A stretch of 63,973 bases of DNA, filler included, from an uncultured bacterium (GCA_964372275.1; 3 parts of 3 records of this genome joined end to end with filler, not necessarily neighbours in it), one strand, 5' to 3'. Numbered from the whole stretch's first letter, positions 9,379-19,986 are shown. Program-made: numbers and translations. Notes: a model not told the origin generated them from the sequence alone.

Positions 9379-10935
9379 ATGAAAACGCCCCCCTTGGCCC
9401 TACTCCTCGCCGTGCTCGCCGCCGCCTGCTCGAGCGGCGGAGGGGGCGGCGGCAAGGACCGTGGCACCAACCCGCCGGAGCCGGCGCGTCCCGGCTGGGT
9501 CGTATTCCGCCTGCACGACACGCTCACCGTGGTCGAGGCCGACGGCACGGGGAAGATCGACCTCGACACCTCCACCGGTACCAAGTCGCTGGTCGGCTTC
9601 ACCGACCAGGACGAGATCGTCTACCGCGTGGCGGTCAACAGCACCGCCGGCAATCTCTACGTGGTCGGGATCGACGGCAGCGACAAGACGCTCGTCGCGA
9701 GCAACGTCTACAGGGTGCTCGCTTGGCCGGACGCCTCCCATCTGATCGTGGAGAAGGGGCCCGGACCCGATTTGGCGGTCAATCCGAGGCGCGACCTGTA
9801 CCTCGTTCCGCTGGACGGAAGCGGCGAGCTGGCGCTCGCAGACGAGACGCAGGACGAGGCGTTCGGCGGGATCTTCGGGTCGACGCTCGTCTTCCGTCGC
9901 GGTCCGGTGACCGGCCCGGCCGACCTGTACGCGATCCCCGCGCTCGGCGGGTCCGAGGTCCAGCTCACCTCGGCCGGCCCCGCCGAGTTGTTCTTCGGAT
10001 TCACCGACTCCGGCCGGGTCGTCTACACCTCCTCCGGGACGAACTCCGACGTCTTTTCGGTCAAGCTCGACGGCACGGGGCTCGCGACCGTGAGCGACTC
10101 CCCGGAGCGCGAAAACGCCGTCGCGATCCGCGGCGAGCGGGTGATCGTGCAGGAGGCGGTGCTGGTGGAGGACCCCGAGCTCGGGAACTACACCGTCGGC
10201 AACGTCTACGCGGCGAACGCCGACGGGACCGGACACACCGAGCTCGCCGTCACCGACGACGTTCCCGAAGACTTCCAGGCGATCACCGAGGACGGGCGGG
10301 TGGTCGTGTTGCGGCAAACGTCGTTCGACCCCCCCGAGTTCGAGCTGCTCTCGGTGCCGAACGAAGGGGGGGCGGAGACGATCCTGGCGACGCTCGAGAC
10401 GAGCGGCATGGACCGCGTGGTCGGCGATACGGTGCTGTTCCACCGCGGCGATCCATCCGACCTGATCGCGATCGGAGCCGACGGAGAGGGGGAGCGGACC
10501 CTGGCCAACCTCGACGGCGAAGAGGTCGTCAACGCCATCGAACAGGAGCGGGTGATCTTCTCGGTGACGACGAACGACGTCGAGAAGCTGTGGTCGGTCC
10601 GGTTGACCGGCGGAAGCGAAATCCAGCTCCGCGAGAGTGAAGACTACGAAACGTTCAACGCCGCGCTCGCCAACCGGGTGGTGATGACGATCCCCGGCGA
10701 GGGTGGCAAGACCGACATCGCCACGGTGAACTCCGCGGGCGGGGAGCTCACCGTGGTCGCCGCCGACCCGGACAACGAGGTGTTCCGCGACATCACCCCC
10801 GACGGACGGGTGATCTTCACCCGCAACCGCGGGCAGTTCCTCGACGACCTCCTCATCGTCAAGTACGACGGCACGGGCGAGGTGAACCTCTCCAATCGGC
10901 CCGACGAGGACGTCTACCTCGGCTTCCTGCCTTGA
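9379..10935 (+). CDS. Lipoprotein with TolB-like beta-propeller repeats
   Basis: Lipobox LAAAC; repeated LY.V..DG.G units; GGAG RBS. Confidence 0.75.
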   Translation: MKTPPLALLLAVLAAACSSGGGGGGKDRGTNPPEPARPGWVVFRLHDTLTVVEADGTGKIDLDTSTGTKSLVGFTDQDEIVYRVAVNSTAGNLYVVGIDGSDKTLVASNVYRVLAWPDASHLIVEKGPGPDLAVNPRRDLYLVPLDGSGELALADETQDEAFGGIFGSTLVFRRGPVTGPADLYAIPALGGSEVQLTSAGPAELFFGFTDSGRVVYTSSGTNSDVFSVKLDGTGLATVSDSPERENAVAIRGERVIVQEAVLVEDPELGNYTVGNVYAANADGTGHTELAVTDDVPEDFQAITEDGRVVVLRQTSFDPPEFELLSVPNEGGAETILATLETSGMDRVVGDTVLFHRGDPSDLIAIGADGEGERTLANLDGEEVVNAIEQERVIFSVTTNDVEKLWSVRLTGGSEIQLRESEDYETFNAALANRVVMTIPGEGGKTDIATVNSAGGELTVVAADPDNEVFRDITPDGRVIFTRNRGQFLDDLLIVKYDGTGEVNLSNRPDEDVYLGFLP

Positions 10936-11897
10936 ACGGCGGTACCGTCTCGGCGGGTGCGAGCGGTCGCGGTCCCCGGACCCTGCTGGTGGTGAACCCG
11001 CGATCCGCGGGCGGACGCACCGCGGCGCAGTGGCCGCTTCTCTCGAGGATCGCGCGGCGGCACCTTCCGGACGTCGAGGTGGCGCTCACCGAGGGGCCCG
11101 GGCACGCGACCGAGCTCGCGCGGGCGGGGCTCGTCGGCGGCGTCGAGCGCGTGGTCGCCGTCGGGGGGGACGGGACGAACAACGAGGTGATCAACGGCTT
11201 CTTCCACGACGGACGGCCGGTCCGCGAGGGGGCGATCTTCGGGACCGTCCCGCGCGGGACCGGCTGCGACTTCGCGCGTGGCATGCGCATCCCGCGCGAC
11301 CCCGACGCCGCGTTCGGGCGGCTCGCCCGGAACGAAACCGCGCCACTGGACGTCGGCCGCATCGACTACACCGACGCGGGCGGCGGTGGGCGGGCGACTC
11401 GCTACTTCCTGAACGTCGCCGGCTTCGGCGCCAACGGCGACGTGGTGGCGCGCGTCAACCGCTCGAAGAAGCGGCTCGGCGGCTTCGCCACCTTCCTCAC
11501 GGCGACCATCGCCTCGCTCGCCACCTACCGCAACCCGCGCGTCGCCTTCTCGCTCGACGGCGGGCCGGAGGAGACGGCGACGGTGAACGTCCTGTTCGTC
11601 TGCAACGCGCCCTACTGCGGTGGCGGGATGATGGCCGGCCCCAAGGCGATCGTCGACGACGGGCGGTTCGACCTGACGCTGGTGGGCGACATGACGCGAT
11701 TCGAGGCGCTGATGAACGGCCGCCTCCTCTACACCGGTCGCATCCACGAGCACCCCAAGGTCCGCAACTTCCGCGTGCAACAGGTCGAGGCCCGCCCCCT
11801 GGACGGTCCGGTGCGGGTGGAGGCCGACGGCGAGCAGCCGGGGATCCTGCCGGCGACGTACTCGATCGTGCCCGGCGCTATTCGCCGATCACTTTGA
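10932..11897 (+). CDS. Diacylglycerol/lipid kinase family (YegS/DAGK)
   Basis: [33 protein letters not shown]. Confidence 0.9.
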   Translation: MNGGTVSAGASGRGPRTLLVVNPRSAGGRTAAQWPLLSRIARRHLPDVEVALTEGPGHATELARAGLVGGVERVVAVGGDGTNNEVINGFFHDGRPVREGAIFGTVPRGTGCDFARGMRIPRDPDAAFGRLARNETAPLDVGRIDYTDAGGGGRATRYFLNVAGFGANGDVVARVNRSKKRLGGFATFLTATIASLATYRNPRVAFSLDGGPEETATVNVLFVCNAPYCGGGMMAGPKAIVDDGRFDLTLVGDMTRFEALMNGRLLYTGRIHEHPKVRNFRVQQVEARPLDGPVRVEADGEQPGILPATYSIVPGAIRRSL

Positions 11898-12291
11898 CCA
11901 CCACGCGCTTGCGCCGGCAGCCGTCGAATTCGGCGTAGTAGACCTGCTCCCACGGACCCAGGTCGAGCGTGCCCGCGGTGATCGGCAGCATCACCTGGTG
12001 ACCCAGGAGCAGGCGCTTGAGGTGCGCATCGCCGTTGTCCTCGCCGGTGCGATGGTGGCGGTAGTCGACCCCCGACGGGGCCAGCCGCTCCGCCCACTCC
12101 TCGATGTCGGCGATCAGTCCGTCTTCGGCGTCGTTGACGTACACCGATGCGGTGATGTGCATCGCCGAGACGAGGCAGATCCCCTCCTGAACGCCGCTCC
12201 TCTTCACCACGCGGGCGACGTCGTCCGTGATGCGCACGAACTCGCGGCGCTTCTTCGTCTCGAACCAGAGGTACTCGGTGGCCGAACGCAT
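11878..12291 (-). CDS. yjbQ: YjbQ/UPF0047 family protein
   Basis: [27 protein letters not shown]. Confidence 0.9.
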   Translation of the reverse strand: MRSATEYLWFETKKRREFVRITDDVARVVKRSGVQEGICLVSAMHITASVYVNDAEDGLIADIEEWAERLAPSGVDYRHHRTGEDNGDAHLKRLLLGHQVMLPITAGTLDLGPWEQVYYAEFDGCRRKRVVVKVIGE

Positions 12292-12365
12292 GGGCCCGAA
12301 CGATACCCGGCCGTCGCCGCCTGGCAATCCGCTCCGGAAGCTGGCGACCGGTGTAGAGTGGGGAG

Positions 12366-14600
12366 GTGGCGCGGGGGGCCATCGGGCGGCGAGCATGGGC
12401 GGCGACCCTGGCGGCCTTCGCCGTCCACTGGGGATCCTCTGCGGCCGGCGACGAGGCTTCGCCGCCGCGCGAGCCGTTCCTCGGTCCGATCGAACGCGAC
12501 CTCTTCCTGCGGCTCGACCGCGGCGCCTCGCTGGAGGAGGTGTTCCGGGCTTTTCCCGGCGATGCCCAGCTGCTCGGCGGCTTCGACCGGGCCTGGGTCG
12601 TGCGGCTCCCGTCCCCTCCGTCCGACGCCGAGCTCGAGCGCCTGAGCCGAGCCGACGGCGTGCGGACACTGCTGCGGGAACGGCCCCTCGAGCCGAACCA
12701 GCCTGCCCTTCCCAGGGTCGACGGGACCGACTGCCCGCCCGATCCGGCGGCTCCGTTGGCCAACCGCACCTTCGCCGACCTGGCTGCGATCGTTCGCGGA
12801 CTGGCGGGGTCCGACGAGGCCCGCTGCACTTATGGCGAACGCCAGGTTTGGTACGACGCCCTCGAGCGTGGCGACCGGTCGCAGCGGCGGGAACCGGGCG
12901 CCCTCCCCGCGCGCCTGTCGCGCATCGCGCAGGAGTCGGTCGACGGACCGCTGATGCTACAGGAGCTCGATCGCCTGGGGGTGGCCGCCGGCCACACGCG
13001 TGTCGCGGTGTTCGACAGCGGATTCGCTGCCGGCGCGATGAAGTACGCATCCAGCCCGGTCGAGACGCGGGCGGCCTACGCCGGCGTCGGACTCCCCGAC
13101 CAGGACGACAACGATCACGGGACCCCGGTCGTTTCTTTGTACGTGGCGACGGACGGGATCGGCTTGGCCCCGAAGGCCGCCGTCACCTCGTACCGCGTCA
13201 CCGCGCCGGGACAGAAGAACCTCCACGAGGGTCTCACTCGGGCGGCGATCGAAGGGGCCTGCGCCGGCGGGCACCGCGTCATCAACCTGAGCTTCTCGGT
13301 GGCCGGCCGCGACCTGTTTCCCTACGAGCGCGCCGATCCAGGTTTCGTCGAGTCGCTGGCCGAGCGGGGGTGCGTACTCGTGAAGAGCGCCGGCAATGTC
13401 GGGGACGAAATCGATCCGTCGGTCCTCGATCCGGACGACCCCGTGCTCCGCGTCGGGGCGGTGGATCCGGAGACGCAGAAAACACCTCCGCGATTCCCGC
13501 GCGGCGAGGTGCGCGCGCCCGGCGTCGGGGTGCTGGCCCTCTCCACCGGCCGCGGAAGACCGGGTACCTCCTTCTTCGACGGATCGAGCCTCGCCACGCC
13601 GATCACCGGGGCGATCCTGGCGAACGTCTTCGGCGTCCTGTCGAAGAGCGACCTGTTCCGCCGACTGCCGCCACGCGAGCAGGCGCGCCTCGCCGTCCGG
13701 ATCGTCCGGGCCTCGGAGATCGGAGGCATGGTCAACGGCCTGCGGGCGGTGGTGATCGCCGGCGGCTGGGCGGCCGGCGGCCGGCCGACGTCGGTGGAGG
13801 CGCTGGCGCGGTTGGCGGGCCGGGACCCGGCCTGCCGCGCGCCGGCCTCGAGCTGTCGGGACGAACCGAACTGCGGCCGTCAGCCCTCTTGCGCCACACG
13901 CAACCGGCGGTGGCTCGCACTTTGCGACGGCGATGCCACCACGGTCGACGACCTGGTCGAAACCTATCTTCGTGCCGGCGAGTTCGAGTTGGCGTCGGTC
14001 GTCTCACGGTTGGCTCCCGGGGCCGAGGCCCGGCAGGCCGAGGTCCGGAACGCCACCGCGAACCAGTACGCGCGCGCGGCGGAGATCGCCCGCCGACGAG
14101 CGCTGCGGACGGAGCTTGCGCGGCTGGAGGGGAATCCGTACGGGTCGTATCCCAAGGAGGAGTTCGCCGAATGGGGGTGGCTGCTTCGCGAGCAGGAGAG
14201 GAACTACGTGAAGATGGCGATCGACTCGGAAAAGTCCGCGGCACAGGGATTCTGGGGATGGTTCGGGTACCGCGACGCCGAGCTATCGAAACGGGCCGAG
14301 GCGATGCGGGACCAGGCCGCCTGCAGTCGCGCATTCGCTCCGTGGGTGGAAAGGCTCGGACGTGACGGCGGCGAGCGGGTGACGGTGGAGCAGGTCGGGC
14401 AGACCTGGGAGCGCTTCCGACGGAGCAACCACGCCGCACCCTGCGCAAAGGTGAACGACGGGACGTTTGCCTTCTCCGGCCCGACGCGGATCGTCTACGA
14501 GACCCAGCGCCATCTCGGCGGAAAGGGGGCGGAGGACCGCGCGTACCGCGAACGGCAGATCTCCGAGATCAAGCGCGAGCTCTCCCGCCCCCTCCCCTGA
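12366..14600 (+). CDS. Secreted S8 (subtilisin-like) serine peptidase with uncharacterised C-terminal region
   Basis: VAVFDSG (Asp), DHGT (His), KSAGN (oxyanion), GSSLATP (Ser); signal-like N-terminus. Confidence 0.8.
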   Translation: MARGAIGRRAWAATLAAFAVHWGSSAAGDEASPPREPFLGPIERDLFLRLDRGASLEEVFRAFPGDAQLLGGFDRAWVVRLPSPPSDAELERLSRADGVRTLLRERPLEPNQPALPRVDGTDCPPDPAAPLANRTFADLAAIVRGLAGSDEARCTYGERQVWYDALERGDRSQRREPGALPARLSRIAQESVDGPLMLQELDRLGVAAGHTRVAVFDSGFAAGAMKYASSPVETRAAYAGVGLPDQDDNDHGTPVVSLYVATDGIGLAPKAAVTSYRVTAPGQKNLHEGLTRAAIEGACAGGHRVINLSFSVAGRDLFPYERADPGFVESLAERGCVLVKSAGNVGDEIDPSVLDPDDPVLRVGAVDPETQKTPPRFPRGEVRAPGVGVLALSTGRGRPGTSFFDGSSLATPITGAILANVFGVLSKSDLFRRLPPREQARLAVRIVRASEIGGMVNGLRAVVIAGGWAAGGRPTSVEALARLAGRDPACRAPASSCRDEPNCGRQPSCATRNRRWLALCDGDATTVDDLVETYLRAGEFELASVVSRLAPGAEARQAEVRNATANQYARAAEIARRRALRTELARLEGNPYGSYPKEEFAEWGWLLREQERNYVKMAIDSEKSAAQGFWGWFGYRDAELSKRAEAMRDQAACSRAFAPWVERLGRDGGERVTVEQVGQTWERFRRSNHAAPCAKVNDGTFAFSGPTRIVYETQRHLGGKGAEDRAYRERQISEIKRELSRPLP

Positions 14601-14628
14601 CGGCCGCCGCGTCCGTCGCGCAAACCGG

Positions 14629-15546
14629 CTACAGGAGAAGCATCCCGCCTGGGCCGGGGCTTTCGGCGCGGACCTCTGGCAACGCCGCGCCAACGCTCCG
14701 AACGAACTCCGTGTTCGCCCCCACCACCGTCGTCGCCAATCGTGCGGCCCGCACCAGCGCATCCGAAAGGACCGCGTCCGCATGCGACGGCATCGCCACC
14801 CGGACACCCAGGCGCCGGACCGCCTCCACGGCATCCGCGGGGTCCATCACCCACTTCTCCCCTCCGGCCAGGCGGGTTCCGTCGACGGGAAGGATCGCCG
14901 CCCGCGGCGCCAGACGCTCCGCGATCTCGTCGAGCCCGTCGAACAGCCGCGTGTCGCCCGCGACGTAGAGGTCGTGCGGACCGTCGCGCAGGACGAAGCC
15001 GACCTCGTAGACGTCGTGCTCCGCCGGCACGGCGGTGATCACCACGCCGGCGACGACGATCGATTCCCACGGTAACAGGACCACCGGAGACGCGAACCCC
15101 AGGCGCCGGCAGGCGGCCGCCAACCCCTCGGTGGCGACGATCGGCCGGGCCCTCTTGTCGAGACGGTCGAGCGCCCGCCGATCGGCATGGTCGGCGTGAT
15201 CGTGCGTGATCAGCACCGCGTCGAGCGGTCCGATCTCCTCCGCCGGGACGGCCGGCCCCGCTCCGTGCGAGAGCGCGCCGAAGGCCGGATCGTGGAACCA
15301 GGGATCGGTCAGGATCCGCGCCCTGCCCATCGCGATCAGGTGCGTCGACTGCCCGACGTGCACCACCGACGCGCGCCCGGGTTCGTCCGCGAGCGCGCGC
15401 ATCGACGCGGCCCACCGATCTCGCGCGGTGGGGGCGGCCGCACGCCGGTGATCGAACGTCCCCCGAAGTTTGAGCCATTCGCCGCCGGCGGCCGCCGCCA
15501 CCGCCGCGCCGGCGCCGGCCATCAACCGTCTCCGTACGACGTTCAT
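14629..15546 (-). CDS. MBL-fold metallo-hydrolase (UlaG/NAPE-PLD-like), possible Tat export
   Basis: THDHADHAD, ILTDPWF, PAEH, YVAGDT, MPSH; N-terminal RRRLM plus hydrophobic stretch. Confidence 0.85.
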   Translation of the reverse strand: MNVVRRRLMAGAGAAVAAAAGGEWLKLRGTFDHRRAAAPTARDRWAASMRALADEPGRASVVHVGQSTHLIAMGRARILTDPWFHDPAFGALSHGAGPAVPAEEIGPLDAVLITHDHADHADRRALDRLDKRARPIVATEGLAAACRRLGFASPVVLLPWESIVVAGVVITAVPAEHDVYEVGFVLRDGPHDLYVAGDTRLFDGLDEIAERLAPRAAILPVDGTRLAGGEKWVMDPADAVEAVRRLGVRVAMPSHADAVLSDALVRAARLATTVVGANTEFVRSVGAALPEVRAESPGPGGMLLL

Positions 15547-15586
15547 CGTTCGGTGGACGCCGTCGACCGCAACCGGGCAAACGCCA

Positions 15587-17263
15587 TCACGGCACCACTT
15601 GCAGCGGCGCCCCGGTCCCCTTTCGCGGAGCGGTGCGGTTGCGCTGGGCGCGGTGGTTCTCCCACTGCATCTTCAACAGCTCCGCCGTCGCTTCGGCCTT
15701 GGCCAACGCCGGCTCGGGGTTCTCGAAGATCGCGTAGTGCTCGCGCTTCTTCGGCGTGTTGAAGCGGCGCAGGAACCGGGTGAAGTCGTAGCCGTCGAGG
15801 GTGAAGAGGAGCTGCCCGGCGTCGGCGTGCGGCATCGCCTTCATCAGTCGGATGCCGTCCCGGAAATGCCGCCGGTGTTCGTCGTCGCTGCCGCGCGCAT
15901 CCCACGCGAGGCGCGCGCCGATGAACTGACGCTCGAGCCAGGTCGACCCCGGCTTGGCGCGCCCCTTCCACAGGCGCTCCAGCCGCTCGAACAGGCGGTC
16001 GGAGGCGTAGCACTGTTCGTAGAGCCAGACGTACCCGTCCATCAGCTGCTCGCGTGACATGTGCTTCGGCTCGAAGACGACGTGCCGCGTGTCGTAGAGC
16101 TCCCACCGGAAGTGATCGAGACGACCTTCGGCCTTCACCTCGTCGTGGAGGTTGGTCCCCGGCATCGGCGTCAGGATCGAGAAGAAGGGATAGATGATCC
16201 CCGTCTCCTGGATGAAGTCGCGGGTGTGCTTGAAGACGGCCAGGGTGTCGGTGTCGAAGCCGACGATGAAGTTCCCGACGATGGTGATCCCGCGGGCGTG
16301 GATCCGGTTCACCGCCTCAGGATAGGTGAGGGAAAAGTTCACCGGCTTGTCCATCGCGTTGAGCGTCGCCTCGCTCACCGACTCGAAGCCGATGATCAGG
16401 GTCGCGCAGCCGGCGTCGCGGAACAGGTCGAGCATCTCCTCGTCCATCGCGACGTTGAGCGTCGTCTCCGCCGACCAGGAGGGGATCCGACCGGCGCGGT
16501 GGTGCGGCACCATCGCCCGCAGCAGCTCCTTGGTGTAGCGGGTGCGGGAGATGAAGTTGTCGTCGACGACGTACATCGGCCGGCCGCGCACGATCGGCCC
16601 GCCGCCGGAGGGGATGGAGGCGATCTCCCGGAGAACGTTCTCCACCGGCTTGAAGCGGAACTCCTGGCCGGAGATGTCGGGAACCGAGCAGAACTTGCAA
16701 CGGAACGGACACCCGCGCGTCGTCTGGATCTGGTGCATCAGGTACTGGCGGTAGGGGGACGCGCTCCACGCCGGCAGCGGAATCTTCTCCATCGGCGGGA
16801 ACCCGAGGGCGTCGTAGCGCGCGCGGAGCGTGCCGGCCGCGAGGTCGTTCACCACCACGGGCCAAAGCGTCTCCGCCTCGCCGGTGACGACGCAGTCGAC
16901 GTGCTCCGCCGCCTCCTCCGGCCTGAGCGAGGCGTGGATCCCGCCCAGGATCACCCTGGTCCCCCGCCGCCGGAACTCGTCGGCGACGCGGTAGGCGTGC
17001 GTGACGCAGGAGGTCTTCGCCGACAGAGCCACGGCGTCGACCTTCATCCCGAAGTCGATCTCCTCGATGTACTCGTCGACGATCCGGAAGTCGACTCCGG
17101 GCGGCGTGCAGCCGGCGACGGTCTGGATCCCCAGGTCGAGGAAGGCGCGCTTGAAGCCGAAGACCCGCAGCAGCAGGTCCATCTCGTAGAGCTCGCGCTC
17201 GCTCCGGTCCTCGTTCTTGCGCGTGGCGACGAACGCGATCCGCGTCATCGGCGCCCTCGCCAC
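15587..17263 (-). CDS. B12-binding radical SAM protein
   Basis: ILGGIHAS and VVTGEAE cobalamin-domain motifs; TTRGCPFRCKFC; VDDNF; IGFES; TPMPGT; alternative start 17248. Confidence 0.9.
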   Translation of the reverse strand: MARAPMTRIAFVATRKNEDRSERELYEMDLLLRVFGFKRAFLDLGIQTVAGCTPPGVDFRIVDEYIEEIDFGMKVDAVALSAKTSCVTHAYRVADEFRRRGTRVILGGIHASLRPEEAAEHVDCVVTGEAETLWPVVVNDLAAGTLRARYDALGFPPMEKIPLPAWSASPYRQYLMHQIQTTRGCPFRCKFCSVPDISGQEFRFKPVENVLREIASIPSGGGPIVRGRPMYVVDDNFISRTRYTKELLRAMVPHHRAGRIPSWSAETTLNVAMDEEMLDLFRDAGCATLIIGFESVSEATLNAMDKPVNFSLTYPEAVNRIHARGITIVGNFIVGFDTDTLAVFKHTRDFIQETGIIYPFFSILTPMPGTNLHDEVKAEGRLDHFRWELYDTRHVVFEPKHMSREQLMDGYVWLYEQCYASDRLFERLERLWKGRAKPGSTWLERQFIGARLAWDARGSDDEHRRHFRDGIRLMKAMPHADAGQLLFTLDGYDFTRFLRRFNTPKKREHYAIFENPEPALAKAEATAELLKMQWENHRAQRNRTAPRKGTGAPLQVVP

Positions 17264-17276
17264 GCCGCGTCGCGTG

Positions 17277-18152
17277 TCACGCCAGCTCCTTGTTGCGGAG
17301 CAGCAGCTCCGCCAGGGTCGGCACGCCGCGGGCGCGCCGTTCGAGCCACGCCGTCTCGAGACGCCGCGCGAGCGTCGATCCGTCCCAGAAGGTGAGGAGC
17401 AGCTCGTGCAGGGTTCCGCGCGGAAGCTTGCCGTCCGGACGGACCGAGCGCGGCTGGCGCCAGCGCATCACCGCCCGCTGCACGCCGTCCCAGAACCGGC
17501 GGCGCGCCTCGAGCGACAGGAGCGCGCCCCGTCGGATCTGGCCCCTCGCCTCCTCGGTCGTCGCGTAGCGGACGATCGCCTCCTCCAGCCAGCTCCCGTG
17601 GTCCTTGTCCTGCTCCACGTGCAGCGTGAAGTAGAGGATCTCCTCCTCGTCGTAGCCCGCGCGGCGCAGGCCGGGGATCACCGCGTCGAACATCTTCGGG
17701 ATCGCCCATTCGTGCCCCGGACCGACCGCCCCCAGGCCGACCAGGAACGGCTCGCGGTTCACGATGCGCAGGTGCTCCTCGATGAACGCCCGCGCCGGAT
17801 CGGGGACCCGGATCCGCTGCCGCGCCGCGGCCTCTCCGCCGGAGGCGCCGAGGAACTGGGCGTAGAGGGTCGAGTGGTCCTTCCCTTCCGAGCCCTCGCC
17901 GTACTCGTCGACGAGCACCTTTGCCAGCCACAGCTTCGACTCGCTGTCGGGCGCGCGCACCTGCAACCGCTCCAGGTAGCCGCAGAAGACGCAGACCAGC
18001 GGATAGTGGTTCTCGGCGAACACACGGTAGTCCTCGCGAGAGAACATTCCGGTGGCGAGGCGGTTCAGGAACAGATGGTTTACCGCGGGGTGGGTCTCGA
18101 TTTCCCTACGCAAGGCGGCAAGGAACGACCTCGCGGAGTCAGAGGTTGTCAT
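17277..18152 (-). CDS. Heme-oxygenase-like diiron oxidase (HDO; CADD/PqqC/TenA-like iron-containing redox enzyme)
   Basis: DEYG..DH, GHEWAIP and FTLHVEQDKDH match the E/H/E/H/D/H ligand pattern of CADD-like enzymes. Confidence 0.85.
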   Translation of the reverse strand: MTTSDSARSFLAALRREIETHPAVNHLFLNRLATGMFSREDYRVFAENHYPLVCVFCGYLERLQVRAPDSESKLWLAKVLVDEYGEGSEGKDHSTLYAQFLGASGGEAAARQRIRVPDPARAFIEEHLRIVNREPFLVGLGAVGPGHEWAIPKMFDAVIPGLRRAGYDEEEILYFTLHVEQDKDHGSWLEEAIVRYATTEEARGQIRRGALLSLEARRRFWDGVQRAVMRWRQPRSVRPDGKLPRGTLHELLLTFWDGSTLARRLETAWLERRARGVPTLAELLLRNKELA

Positions 18153-18200
18153 GCGGGGAGCCTCGACATCACGGACTGCACGGCGGGCGCGAAAAACAAG

Positions 18201-18297
18201 AATCGGGAATGGGAAGTGGGAAATTGAAAACCGACAACGGCGGAAGGGCCGAAGCGTTCATTGTCGGTTTTCCATTTCCCATTTCCAATTCTCAATT
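18201..18297. repeat. Imperfect inverted repeat of about 37 bp built from heptamers (REP-like)
   Basis: Left arm ends GAAAACCGACAA (18237), right arm begins TTGTCGGTTTTC (18261); GGGAAAT-like heptamers continue outward. Confidence 0.75.
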
Positions 18298-18302
18298 GTC
18301 TT

Positions 18303-19910
18303 TCACCTTCCGGCCGCCGCCCTTGCGTCGTTCAGATCATCGACCCACAGCCTCCTCGGAATCCGGAGCTTCACCAGCTCCCCCCCCGCGGCCATCGCCG
18401 GCTGATCCTGGGCCTGGTCCTCCTCGCCGGTCGGGTACTGCACGTCGCTCCAGGTGAGCCCCTTTCGCGCACCCGGGCCGTTGAGCAGCCCCTCCTCGTC
18501 GCGGAGGAAGGAACGGTGGTCGCGATGCACCCGCTGGTAGCGCCAGGTGCGGGCGTAGAAGTGGAGCAGACCGGGAAGCATCTTCCAGAGGAACGCCTTC
18601 CGCTTCCGCCACATCATCCCGAACGCCTTCCGCACCGACGGCTCGGTGGCGTCGTAGCTGCGCGCGAACTCCCGGTAGAACTCCTCCCGCGGAAGGCGCG
18701 TCGGCAGCACCGGGTGGAGGAGGTCGAACAAGCGGTGATCGGTCGTCATCAGCTTGTCCTTGTAGGCGCGGTAGAGCTGGGTCCCGGGCAGCGGCGTCAG
18801 GATCGTCACGATCGGGATCCCGATCGTCAGGGAGTTCATGTAGTCGTAGAGCTGCTGGAACTGCTCTTTCGTCCAGTCGGGGCGCACCATGAAGATGCCG
18901 GTGGAGAAGATCCCGTTCTCCGCCATCACTTCGTTGGCCTTCTTGTTCTTGTCCCAACTACTCTTCTTCCGCAGCGCCGCCAGGTTGTCGTCGTCGTTGC
19001 TCTCGAAGCCGGAGAGCAGCCCGATCAGACCGCATCGTGCCAGCCGCGCCATGACCTCCGGATGGTCGGCGACGAAATCGGTTCGCCCCTGCGTCATCCA
19101 GTACTTCTTCACGCCGCGCCGCTCGATCTCCTCGCAGAGCTGGTCGATCCGCTTGCGGTTGGAGAGGAAGTTGTCGTCGAGCACGAAGACGAACGGCTCC
19201 TCGCACGCATCCATCTGGTCGACGATCTTCGCCGCCGAGAGGTAGCGGGTGCGGCGCTCGTAGAACTCCCAGATCGCGCAGAAGTTGCAATCGAAGGAGC
19301 AGCCCCTCGAGGTGAAGATCGAGGCCATGGGGCGCACGGCGGTGAAGAAGTAGCGACCCTTGTACTTCTGGATCAGGCGGCGGTCCGGCATCGGCAGATC
19401 GTCGAGGTCGACCGTCTGCGCCCGCTTCTCGTTCGCGCGCCTCGCGCCCGAACCGTCCCGCCAGCGGAGCCCGGCGATCCCGGAGAAGTCGCGCACGCGC
19501 GTCGAGTCCCAGCGCGACACCAGCTCTCGGAAGGTGATCTCCCCTTCGCCCTGCACGATCACGTCGATGTAGGGCTCGTCGAACTCGTGCGGCGAGAGGG
19601 TCGGGTGGTGGCCGCCGATCACCGTCAGGCATTCGGGCAGGATTGCGCGCGCCATCCGCATCACCGCCTTCGCCTGGTAGGCGTCGGTCGTCATGCTGGT
19701 CGTACCGACGACGTCGGGGCGGAAGGCGAGCAGCTCCTCGGCCAGCGCCTCCTCCGGCTCGAGGCGCAGATCGAGCACCTTCACCTCGTGTCGGTCGGCG
19801 ATCGCCGTCCCGACGGAGGTCAGGGAGACCGGCTCCGACAGCCAGACGACGTTCTCCAGACCGAGACGACCCGACTCGAACGGCGTCGGAAAGACCAGCA
19901 GTACGCGCAT
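18303..19910 (-). CDS. B12-binding radical SAM protein (N-terminus reminiscent of HpnR-like methylases)
   Basis: VIGGHHPT, IVQGEGE, TSRGCSFDCNFC, LDDNF, SGFES, TPLPGT. Confidence 0.9.
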   Translation of the reverse strand: MRVLLVFPTPFESGRLGLENVVWLSEPVSLTSVGTAIADRHEVKVLDLRLEPEEALAEELLAFRPDVVGTTSMTTDAYQAKAVMRMARAILPECLTVIGGHHPTLSPHEFDEPYIDVIVQGEGEITFRELVSRWDSTRVRDFSGIAGLRWRDGSGARRANEKRAQTVDLDDLPMPDRRLIQKYKGRYFFTAVRPMASIFTSRGCSFDCNFCAIWEFYERRTRYLSAAKIVDQMDACEEPFVFVLDDNFLSNRKRIDQLCEEIERRGVKKYWMTQGRTDFVADHPEVMARLARCGLIGLLSGFESNDDDNLAALRKKSSWDKNKKANEVMAENGIFSTGIFMVRPDWTKEQFQQLYDYMNSLTIGIPIVTILTPLPGTQLYRAYKDKLMTTDHRLFDLLHPVLPTRLPREEFYREFARSYDATEPSVRKAFGMMWRKRKAFLWKMLPGLLHFYARTWRYQRVHRDHRSFLRDEEGLLNGPGARKGLTWSDVQYPTGEEDQAQDQPAMAAGGELVKLRIPRRLWVDDLNDARAAAGR

Positions 19911-19986
19911 CCCTCTCCCCCGCGCACAGCCTGTCGGCGGCGCTGTCGATGGACGCGCAAAGGCTACGTCCCGGGTCCAAGCCGTG

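Noticed and set aside
5829-10640. 1603-aa plus-strand ORF and many similar long Arg/Gly/Pro-rich ORFs
   Set aside because: Off-frame or antisense shadows of real genes, expected at high GC; no motifs.
18153-18302. RiPP precursor for the rSAM cluster
   Set aside because: Space is occupied by the palindrome; no credible small ORF here or at 19911-19986.
18303-19910. Gene symbol hpnR or hpnP
   Set aside because: Resemblance is family-level only and no hopanoid genes are in the window.
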